Below are positions 27,634 through 35,352 of a stretch of 57,404 bases of DNA, piece by piece. Source of the DNA: Candidatus Angelobacter sp. Lineage in GTDB: Bacteria; Acidobacteriota; Terriglobia; Terriglobales; Acidobacteriaceae. Made by a program: the position numbers and the translations under genes. Every line of letters starts with the position of its first letter. Within the stretch, counting starts at the first letter, position 1. A model generated the notes under the pieces. It saw nothing but the letters and a program-made list of their open reading frames with translations, had not been told where the DNA came from and searched no databases. The stretch is taken from contig DASTJB010000318.1 in NCBI GenBank assembly GCA_035717005.1, positions 1 through 57,404 on the forward strand, in the 5' to 3' direction.

Positions 27634-28089
27634 ATGGAGTACCTGGAGTACACGGCTTTCACCAAGGCGGACCGCGCCCTGGCCTGGAAGCTCTTCTCTG
27701 ATTCACGTTTCTGGCCGGCTTTTTCTGACATTTATGGCGCTATCAACTGGAGCAAGGGCAAACCCTGGACGCCCAGAAGCCGCATGCGGATTGAGATTGT
27801 CCGTCCGGTCAAAGCAGTGGTTGACCACGTAATCACAATCTGCAGCCCGGGCGAGCATGTTGCCTGGATCGATCATGTGCTCGGCAACACCATGGAGCAA
27901 TGGGTCACGTTCGACACTCTTCCCGATGGGCGCACGCGCGTGCACACCTGGGCTGAGGTGACGGGCCCCACCCGGATGGTTGACGGCCATGATCTCAGCG
28001 AGTTCCTGCGCGGATTCACTCGCATGTGGTATGACAGCTTTTGTGCGGCCTGCGATCAGCTGGCGGAAGGGCAGATGGTCTGCATCTGA
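27634..28089 (+). CDS. SRPBCC-superfamily (polyketide cyclase/START-like) protein
   Basis: 151 aa. Size and sequence pattern are consistent with the SRPBCC fold. Recognition is by general resemblance only. Confidence 0.55.
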   Translation: MEYLEYTAFTKADRALAWKLFSDSRFWPAFSDIYGAINWSKGKPWTPRSRMRIEIVRPVKAVVDHVITICSPGEHVAWIDHVLGNTMEQWVTFDTLPDGRTRVHTWAEVTGPTRMVDGHDLSEFLRGFTRMWYDSFCAACDQLAEGQMVCI

Positions 28090-28134
28090 AGCCTGGAGCG
28101 AGGAACTGAAGCAGCACCGATAGGGCAAAGGGCG

Positions 28135-29010
28135 TTATGGATTGAGCCTGCTCTCAATAAATGCCTTCACCACTGCGGCTGCATCCTTTTTCTCTCCGTC
28201 CACCGCGAAGTTCATCCGTCGCATCTCGTCTGCGGTGATGCGGCCGCTCAAGCGCCGGAGCGCCGCACCGACTTCCGGATAGCGCCGTAGTGTCTCCTGA
28301 CGAACCAGCGGCACCGCGTCGTAAGGAGGAAAGTAGCGGCGGTCGTCTTCCAGCACCACGAGATCGAGCGCAGCGATGAGCCCGTCTGTGTTCGAGCCTG
28401 CCACCAGATCAACCTGATTGTTCTGAAGCGCGCGATAAAGCAGGCCCAGGTCCATCACGCGGGGCGCTTCTCTGAAGTTAAAGCCATATTTCGCGATCAG
28501 CCCTTTGTAGCCGTCCGGGCGCTCGAGAAATTCGTAACCCACGCCCAGGCGAAGCTGTGACGCAATCGCGGCGGCATCAGAGAGCGTCTTTAAGCCAAGC
28601 CGGCGCGCATCGTTGCCGCGCATGACCATGGCAAAGGTGTTGTCGAAGCCGAGCGAGGGCAGCGCCTCAATATTGAACCTGCTCGCATATTTTTCGCGCA
28701 CCGCGTCGAAGACGGCGGCGTGATCGGACGAAGGCGGCTCCTTGAGAATCGCCACCAGCGCCGTCCCGGTGTATTCGACGTACATGTCGATCCGTCCGGC
28801 GAGCAGCGCCTGATGGCAAATGTAGGTTCCGGCAAGATAGAAGCGCTTTTCGATCGGCACAGAAATGAACCGGGCCAGGTATTGCGCCAGCAGCTCTCCG
28901 AGCACCAGTTGTTCAGTGAAGTTCTTGCAGCCGATGGATGTGCCGGAGCGCCTGGTGGAGCAGCCGGCCAGTAACAACGCCGTTCCGGCAAGAAAATGGC
29001 GGCGATCCAT
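28135..29010 (-). CDS. Osmoprotectant (glycine betaine/choline-type) ABC transporter substrate-binding lipoprotein
   Basis: Lipobox LLLAGCS. OpuAC-like sequence. Last gene of the ATPase-permease-SBP operon. Confidence 0.8.
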   Translation of the reverse strand: MDRRHFLAGTALLLAGCSTRRSGTSIGCKNFTEQLVLGELLAQYLARFISVPIEKRFYLAGTYICHQALLAGRIDMYVEYTGTALVAILKEPPSSDHAAVFDAVREKYASRFNIEALPSLGFDNTFAMVMRGNDARRLGLKTLSDAAAIASQLRLGVGYEFLERPDGYKGLIAKYGFNFREAPRVMDLGLLYRALQNNQVDLVAGSNTDGLIAALDLVVLEDDRRYFPPYDAVPLVRQETLRRYPEVGAALRRLSGRITADEMRRMNFAVDGEKKDAAAVVKAFIESRLNP

Positions 29011-29011
29011 G

Positions 29012-29650
29012 TTAGTGGCGCACCTTCAGGAGCGTGCGTTGAAGAGCGCCCAGCAGCAAATCCGCGGCGATCGCCAGCAGGGCGGCGGGGATTGCGCCGG
29101 CGAGGATCACGTTATTATCGACCATCGCGACGCCGCGAAAGATAAATTCACCCAGACCGCCGGCGCCAATGGCCGCAGCAATGGTCGCCACACCAATCGT
29201 GATGACCGTCGCCGTGCGAATGCCCGCCACAATCACGTTGGCCGCCAACGGAAGCTCCACGTGCCATAACAGTTGCCAGGGCGTCAGGCCCATGGCAACC
29301 GCTGCTTCCCGCACCGGAGCATCCACACCGCTGATGCCGGCATAAGTATTCCGCACCACCGGCAGCAGGGCGTAAAGCGTCAGCGCGAGAATGGCGAGCC
29401 GGTCCACCCGCGCGCCCAGCCACGGAAGCGGCAGCAGCAGGCCAAAAAGCGCGAGGCTGGGGATGGTCTGGACTGCATTGGTGGCGCCCAGGACCAGCGC
29501 TCTCCAGCGTGGGCGGCGGCTCAGCAAAATTCCCAGCGGCACGCCAATCACGACCACAAAAAACATCGAGATGCCGACCAGCCAGATGTGCTCGCCGGTC
29601 AAGGTAAGCACCTGACGTCGATCGACGGCAAAGAAGGCCAATAAGAACAT
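29012..29650 (-). CDS. ABC transporter permease (Opu-type)
   Basis: 212 aa with about 5-6 TM segments and the EAA-like loop REAAVAMGLTPWQLLWHVELP. Confidence 0.85.
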   Translation of the reverse strand: MFLLAFFAVDRRQVLTLTGEHIWLVGISMFFVVVIGVPLGILLSRRPRWRALVLGATNAVQTIPSLALFGLLLPLPWLGARVDRLAILALTLYALLPVVRNTYAGISGVDAPVREAAVAMGLTPWQLLWHVELPLAANVIVAGIRTATVITIGVATIAAAIGAGGLGEFIFRGVAMVDNNVILAGAIPAALLAIAADLLLGALQRTLLKVRH

Positions 29651-29653
29651 TCG

Positions 29654-30424
29654 CTATCCTCCCGGATTGAGAATCTGCAGCGCTGCGCGAAAGCTGCTTA
29701 CGTAAGGACGGACGGCTTCGTCATTCGAGCGCAAGAATTCCTGCGGCGTGAAGACTCCCTTCAACATTCCCGAATCCATCAGTGCGATGCGGTCGCCCAG
29801 GAGCAGCGCCTCGGCGACATCATGGGTAACAAAGACGACGGTCTTGCTCAGCTTTTGTTTCAGCGCGCGGAACTCCTGCTGAAGCTCCGCGCGTGTAATG
29901 GGATCGAGCGCACCGAAAGGCTCGTCCATGAGCAGCACGGGAGGATCGGCCGCCAGAGCCCGCGCCAAACCAACGCGCTGCCTCTGTCCGCCGGAAAGCT
30001 GGTGAGGATAACGATCGCCGAATTGGTCCGAAGGCAGTCCGATGAGCTGAAGGACCTCTCGCGTCCGTGAGGCAACGCGGGCTGAATCCCAGCGCTCGAG
30101 CTTTGGGACCAGCGCCACGTTTTCCGCAACTGTGTAATGGGGAAAGAGGCCGCCTTCCTGGATGGCATAGCCGATGTGGCGGCGCAGCCGGATGACGTCC
30201 CATTCCTGCACCGAACGCCCGTCCACGCGCACCTCGCCCTGGGTCGCAATGAATAGTCGATTGATCAGTTTGAGCGTAGTGGTCTTGCCCGACCCGCTGC
30301 GGCCCAGCAGCATCAGCGTCTCTCCCCGGCGAACGGTGAGGTTCAGCCCGGAGATCAGCTCACGACCATCCGCGGTGCGGTAGGAAACGCCGGAAAACTC
30401 AATGTCTGTGGCTGAATTGTTCAT
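29654..30424 (-). CDS. ABC transporter ATP-binding protein
   Basis: Walker A GRSGSGKTT, signature LSGGQRQRV, Walker B VLLMDEP. Confidence 0.9.
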   Translation of the reverse strand: MNNSATDIEFSGVSYRTADGRELISGLNLTVRRGETLMLLGRSGSGKTTTLKLINRLFIATQGEVRVDGRSVQEWDVIRLRRHIGYAIQEGGLFPHYTVAENVALVPKLERWDSARVASRTREVLQLIGLPSDQFGDRYPHQLSGGQRQRVGLARALAADPPVLLMDEPFGALDPITRAELQQEFRALKQKLSKTVVFVTHDVAEALLLGDRIALMDSGMLKGVFTPQEFLRSNDEAVRPYVSSFRAALQILNPGG

Positions 30425-30529
30425 CGCAGGCTAGCGAACGGTGTTCCAGCTCGCCGATCAGAGAAGCGTTTGGCGAACCGGCGCTGCTAGCGTATCAGAG
30501 ATGGCCCGGGACGACGAACGGCGCCGCAG

Positions 30530-31858
30530 CTAAGCGGCCTTTGCGCGCAGGTGCGCGGGAGGCTGGCGGAAGGTAACCAGCAAATTGGCGGCAAACAGCG
30601 TTACAGCCGACAACTCAAGCACCGCGGACCAGGGCAGAACGTGCCACGCCGCCGGCCAGTAGTTTTCGTAAGCCAGAATTTCACTGCTCACGCGCAACAG
30701 GCAGCCAAGATTCAGCAGCAGCAGACATCCAAACATGGTCCGCGGACTGTAGAGGACACGCATGCCGGCGAAGGCCGGCAAGGCCCTCTGGCCGATCGCA
30801 AAAACCATGGTCGAGACGAAACCTACGGTCAGGGCGTGCCGTGAAGCGCCAATCCAGCCGTGAGCGCGGTCGAAATAGACGGCGCCCACGCCCAGCGCCG
30901 ATGCGATCAGCAGCCAGACATAGGCAATCCGCACAAAAACCGGAAACGACGCATGGACGCCGCTGGTCTTGGGCTTTTGAGCAGGTTGCTCCAACAGTCG
31001 AAAAGCGGCAACTGCGGTTGCCGCCGCGGCGACGATGACCCAATGTGCCGCTGGGGTGAAGCCAGTGACTGCCAACAGAACTCCGGCGATGCTGAACAGC
31101 AGCGCATAACGAAGCGCCCACTCTCTCAGAGGCTTGAGACCGAGAAAAACCGGCAACCAGCGCGCGCTGAATCCCCACACCGTGGGAACAATGAAGGCGT
31201 AAGCGACCAGAGTGAGGAACCGGGCTTCAAAGATGAGCGGAAACGCGGGGCCGGTATCGTACACGCTCACGTAGATCGCAAGCACCAGGTTGAGCAACAA
31301 TGCGGCGCCGAAGCCGACCGTACCGGCCAGGACGGAGATAATCCAGACCGGGGCGCGCTCATGCTGCTGGCTGGGCCCGCGCACGCGGTGGTTTTTCACC
31401 GAAATGAGGAAGAGGGCAAACCCGCTCAACTCCAGCACGGCGGAAAGCGGCAGCAACACGCGCCAATATAGATGATAGAAACCGCTTGCCCAGCGCAGCA
31501 GCACGCCGGATGTCCAGAGCGCCCAGGCCACCCAGCCCAGCGTGGCCGGCTGCACACGCCGGCTCGTCATTTTCGGAATGGAGTAGAAACCGATCCCCAG
31601 GATGAATGTCCCGATCCATCCGAAGATCTGCGCATGACCGTGCGCCTGGATCCAGGCGGTAGAAATCGCGGTGCCGTGGCCGCCGCTGATGGAAATCAGG
31701 TTCCACACGCCGAGAAACGTTCCCGGAAGCAGCATGAAGAAAAGACCGGTGGTCGCATAGGCCATCATCAGCCGCTGGGCGCTCTCCTCGCGCGCCCGGG
31801 CCAGGATGGCCGGCTCGGCTGTGGCGCTGATCTCCTCAACAGCGACGAAGGCCGGCAT
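30530..31858 (-). CDS. nnrS: NnrS-family polytopic membrane protein
   Basis: 442 aa with about 12 TM segments and the His-containing motif WIQAHGHAQIFGW. The start overlaps the ytfE stop (TAATG). Confidence 0.65.
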   Translation of the reverse strand: MPAFVAVEEISATAEPAILARAREESAQRLMMAYATTGLFFMLLPGTFLGVWNLISISGGHGTAISTAWIQAHGHAQIFGWIGTFILGIGFYSIPKMTSRRVQPATLGWVAWALWTSGVLLRWASGFYHLYWRVLLPLSAVLELSGFALFLISVKNHRVRGPSQQHERAPVWIISVLAGTVGFGAALLLNLVLAIYVSVYDTGPAFPLIFEARFLTLVAYAFIVPTVWGFSARWLPVFLGLKPLREWALRYALLFSIAGVLLAVTGFTPAAHWVIVAAAATAVAAFRLLEQPAQKPKTSGVHASFPVFVRIAYVWLLIASALGVGAVYFDRAHGWIGASRHALTVGFVSTMVFAIGQRALPAFAGMRVLYSPRTMFGCLLLLNLGCLLRVSSEILAYENYWPAAWHVLPWSAVLELSAVTLFAANLLVTFRQPPAHLRAKAA

Positions 31859-32598
31859 TAGACTGCGACCTCTGCGCCGGTTTCCATGGCGATCGCGCGC
31901 GGAAACAGGATGTTGTTTTCCAGGTGAATGTGCTGGTGCAGGTCGGCTTCAAAGTCCTTGAGCGCGGCATAAAGTGTCCGATAGCTGAAGCAGGCTTCCG
32001 CGGGCGGCTCGTAGTTGGAACTGAGCGAGCTGATCTGCTTGAGCGCCGCGCCGGCTGAGTCGTGTTCCAGCTCCATCATGTGAACGGGATTCGTGACGGT
32101 GCCGAACGCAGGCCGCGGACGCGGACGTCCGCTGCTGACCGCATTTTCCAGGGCCGCGATGTAGGGAAACAGGATGTGCTCTTCTTTCATCATGTGCGAG
32201 CTGAGCTCCTCCGATACCCCCAGAAACACCTGCTGGATTGTTGCCAGTTCCGCATGACCGGCGCCATGGACAGCTACGACCTTCTTCAGCAGCTGCTGCA
32301 AACGCGGCAACTCCTGCTTTACGTAGACGTGATGCTTGCCCACAATATGTTCTATCAACTGCGCCAGCGTGGCGTTCGCGACTTCCTGTTCAGGGGATTG
32401 GGCGCCGGGCTTGAAGTTGGAGCCCTGTTCCAGCTCGCTTACCACCCGCTCTACCGGGACACGGGCTTGCTGGCAGGCGTCGATCAAGGTTCTTGATCCG
32501 CCACAGCAATAATCGATGCCGAGTTTCTCAAACGTCCGGGTTGCGTTGGGGATTTCAATGGCTAATTCTCTGACAGTACGGGCGGCATTCAGCGCCAT
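31858..32598 (-). CDS. ytfE: Iron-sulfur cluster repair di-iron protein (RIC/YtfE/ScdA)
   Basis: The ScdA_N motif FEKLGIDYCCGG plus hemerythrin-like His/Glu repeats (HH..E...LFP, H...EE..LFP). Confidence 0.85.
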   Translation of the reverse strand: MALNAARTVRELAIEIPNATRTFEKLGIDYCCGGSRTLIDACQQARVPVERVVSELEQGSNFKPGAQSPEQEVANATLAQLIEHIVGKHHVYVKQELPRLQQLLKKVVAVHGAGHAELATIQQVFLGVSEELSSHMMKEEHILFPYIAALENAVSSGRPRPRPAFGTVTNPVHMMELEHDSAGAALKQISSLSSNYEPPAEACFSYRTLYAALKDFEADLHQHIHLENNILFPRAIAMETGAEVAV

Positions 32599-32639
32599 GA
32601 CTTCTCTCCTTAAGGAAAACTTGGTCTGATCCAGAGAAA

Positions 32640-32680
32640 AGTCTAGGAGGCGAGGAGGGCGCGGCCTATGACTTTTGTCA
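32640..32680 (-). promoter_or_regulatory. Candidate Crp/Fnr-family operator TGAC-TTTT-GTCA, centred 41.5 nt upstream of the start predicted from a TAGACT -10 hexamer
   Basis: Perfect dyad at 32669-32680. The minus-strand hexamer TAGACT is at 32645-32640. The geometry equals a class II Crp/Fnr promoter driving ytfE-nnrS. Confidence 0.4.
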
Positions 32681-32691
32681 CAGGCAGCCTT

Positions 32692-33390
32692 TTATTCCGG
32701 TATTTCGAGTTCTGCCTGCAGCCGCTTCAGGTCGGGGATGGTGACGACCTTCCCCTCCATGTGGATAAGGCCTTCCGCCTGTAACCGGCTTAGATTGCGC
32801 GAAACCAGCTCCCGCACGGTGCCGATTTCTGAGGCGAGCTCCTGGTTGCTGGGCGGCAGCTCAAATTCGACGCCCTCGCCGGTCTTCCTGGCGGCCTTTC
32901 CCCGGCGCACCAGCACCGCGATCAGGCGCGAGCGCACCGTGGTGAAAGAAAGCTCTTCGATGATGCCGACCAGCCGCCGAAGCCGCGCGCCCACCACTTT
33001 GAGCACTTTCAGCGGGACCTGGGGATGTACGAGGCAGAGTGAGTGGAAGTCCTGCTTGCTGATGAAATAAATTCTGGCGTCGCTCATCGCCGCCGTGGAG
33101 GCCGGATAGCTGCCTCCGTCAAACAGCGGCAATTCAGCCACGGAGCTGCCTGGTCCCTCGACTGCTAGGATTTGTTCCCGCCCGGCAGGCGAGCTCTTGA
33201 AAATCCGCACCTGGCCGCTCTCAATTACAAACAATCCGGTGCAGGGATCGCCTTCAGTGAAGAGAATCTCGCCCTTGCGGTAGCTGCGCGGAACAGCGCG
33301 CTGCGAGAGAAACTGGAGTTCAGTTTCACTCAGGCCGCTGAAGATCTGGACCCGCCGCAGAAGTTCGAGAACATTGGATGGAGAAGCCAC
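32692..33390 (-). CDS. Crp/Fnr-family transcriptional regulator (no N-terminal Cys cluster; Dnr/NnrR/HcpR-like)
   Basis: cNMP-binding-like beta-roll plus the C-terminal HTH ELASEIGTVRELVSRNLSRLQAEGLI. Confidence 0.85.
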   Translation of the reverse strand: MASPSNVLELLRRVQIFSGLSETELQFLSQRAVPRSYRKGEILFTEGDPCTGLFVIESGQVRIFKSSPAGREQILAVEGPGSSVAELPLFDGGSYPASTAAMSDARIYFISKQDFHSLCLVHPQVPLKVLKVVGARLRRLVGIIEELSFTTVRSRLIAVLVRRGKAARKTGEGVEFELPPSNQELASEIGTVRELVSRNLSRLQAEGLIHMEGKVVTIPDLKRLQAELEIPE

Positions 33391-33515
33391 GCAACCATTG
33401 TAAATTCCCGCGCGCCGGACGACAGCTCAAGCAAAGCCGGGCCAATCACCCTTTTCAGCCGTCACGCGGAATATTCTTGTAACGGATTCCGGTGCTGCTG
33501 CACTAATTCAAACAG

Positions 33516-33543
33516 TTGACTTTCAGGTGATTTGGAGTATTGT
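33516..33543 (+). promoter_or_regulatory. Candidate promoter TTGACT-N16-TATTGT upstream of the protease/giant-gene operon
   Basis: Hexamer match in the AT-rich divergent region. It implies a leader of about 190 nt. Confidence 0.3.
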
Positions 33544-33737
33544 CTTTGTCCGAAACTCCACCCATCCCCGGCGCTTGGTTGAGCAAGAATGCAAGCGCAT
33601 CTGTGCGGGGGTTCTACGGCTTGCCTGCCCGCCTGTCGGCGGCGAAACCCTGGGCAGGGCCTTTGTGTCCCGCTCCGTTGCCGGGAAGAGCCATGGTCTC
33701 CCGCCTTACCTGAGATTCCAGTGGCAGGTAACCTGAG

Positions 33738-35288
33738 ATGAAAGAATCAGAGCGCATTCTGCGAGTCAAGGAAGCGGTCGAGCGTGAGCTGCGGAAGATT
33801 CCAGGGGTACACGCCGTTGGCATCGGACCCAAGATTACGAATGGCCAGCTCACGGGTGAGATAGCGATTCACATTTTGCTTCCCAAGAAAAAGCCACTCG
33901 CACAAATCCCGCCGGAGCACGTTGTTCCAGCCGAAATCGAAGGCATCAAGACGGACATCCTGGAGATTCCAGGATTTGTTGCAAGCACCTTGCCAGACAC
34001 TTCCACCTATCGCCCGCTGAAAGGCGGCAGCCAAGTCAGGGCCGGTGGCGGGCTTGGATCAGGGACTCTGGCCTGCCTGGCCAGGACCACAGCCAATCCG
34101 ATTCAGGTGGTTGCGCTCTCAAACCATCATGTGTTGTTTTCCGGAACCGCGAAAGGCCCGAGCTGCTGGGGATGCACGTCTGGAAGCGACGTGGGCCAAC
34201 CGACCGTATCGGATGTGATTGGCACCAACCTCCGCGGCTTCGCCAACGAGCAAATCGATGCTGCCATCGCCGTGGTGAATGACGGCACCCAATATCTGGC
34301 GGAGATCCAGGATTTTGGATTGATTTCAAGCGTACGTTCCACTCCTATTACGCAGGATGAGCTGCTAAACATAGCTATGCAGCCGCCGCCGAATAATAAA
34401 TTTTGGGTCAACAAGCGGGGCAGGACCACAGGGCTGACACGGGGCTGGCTTGGCAGCGCGCAGCTTACCGGAGGGCCGGTGCACTGGCCCGATGGCTCGG
34501 TCCAGCGTGAGCACTACGTTAACCAGATTCTGATATTGCCTGAGGCCTTTACCGGAGCTCCAGCTCCACCGCCGGCAGGGAGCCATCCAGTTGTTCAGTC
34601 TGGCGATTCCGGTTCGCTCGTGCTCGATGACAGTCATCAGGCGGTAGCTCTGCTGTTCGGTGACGCTACCTCCGACAGCACAAGTCCTTTCTTTGGCTCG
34701 GCCATTGCCTGCCACATCAGCGACGTCCAGTCGCAGCTCGGGATAGCCATAGAAACGGCCACGGCACTGAACCAAATACGCACGGCAGCTACCGTGCACG
34801 CAGTGGCGCCCGCGAGTCCATCTCCAGCCCCGGCTCCCTCTCCTGCGCCTGTACATCCTGCGGCAGCAGTATTCGGTCCTCCTCCGGTTGTAGTCCAGGT
34901 GGAAAAGGAGATTCGTGAGATTCCCGAAGGCCGCGCTTATTTGGATCTTCTGCGAAAACATGCGCCGGAGATTCACTACCTGGTAAACCATAATCGCCGC
35001 GTAGCCACGGTCTGGCACCGCTGCGGTGGACCAAAAGTCCTGCAAAGCTGCCTGCGAATGCTGGAAGACCGGGCCCACGCCTTTCCGGTTGAAGTTGGGG
35101 GCATACCGCTCCAGGCCTGTATCGACCGCTTCATCAAGGTGTTGCAGCGGTATGGAAGCCGCGTGCTCGCTGCCGACATTGGAAGGTTCGGGCCTCGACT
35201 GGCCTGCTTTGCCGGAATGACGTATGCGCAGATCAAAGACTCTCTACACGCAGAGACTGCTCAATGGCTCGCAAGCACTGCGCGGTAG
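33738..35288 (+). CDS. Trypsin-fold (PA clan, S1-like) serine peptidase with an N-terminal ~60-aa domain shared with the PLD gene and a ~170-aa C-terminal extension
   Basis: Candidate catalytic triad in the canonical order: LSNHHVL (His), EQIDAAIAVV (Asp), QSGDSGSLVL (Ser). A Pro/Ala/Ser linker (APASPSPAPAPSPAP) precedes the unrecognised C-terminal domain. No signal peptide. Confidence 0.7.
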   Translation: MKESERILRVKEAVERELRKIPGVHAVGIGPKITNGQLTGEIAIHILLPKKKPLAQIPPEHVVPAEIEGIKTDILEIPGFVASTLPDTSTYRPLKGGSQVRAGGGLGSGTLACLARTTANPIQVVALSNHHVLFSGTAKGPSCWGCTSGSDVGQPTVSDVIGTNLRGFANEQIDAAIAVVNDGTQYLAEIQDFGLISSVRSTPITQDELLNIAMQPPPNNKFWVNKRGRTTGLTRGWLGSAQLTGGPVHWPDGSVQREHYVNQILILPEAFTGAPAPPPAGSHPVVQSGDSGSLVLDDSHQAVALLFGDATSDSTSPFFGSAIACHISDVQSQLGIAIETATALNQIRTAATVHAVAPASPSPAPAPSPAPVHPAAAVFGPPPVVVQVEKEIREIPEGRAYLDLLRKHAPEIHYLVNHNRRVATVWHRCGGPKVLQSCLRMLEDRAHAFPVEVGGIPLQACIDRFIKVLQRYGSRVLAADIGRFGPRLACFAGMTYAQIKDSLHAETAQWLASTAR

Positions 35289-35352
35289 AGAAAGCCAGCA
35301 CCGTTGTGTGCTGCCTGTTATGTGAATCGGTGGGGAGGAGTTTGAGGTAGCT

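Noticed and set aside
33527-33736. 69-aa ORF in the leader of the protease gene
   Set aside because: It has no SD, the sequence is not protein-like, and it overlaps the predicted promoter and hairpin. It is treated as a non-coding leader.
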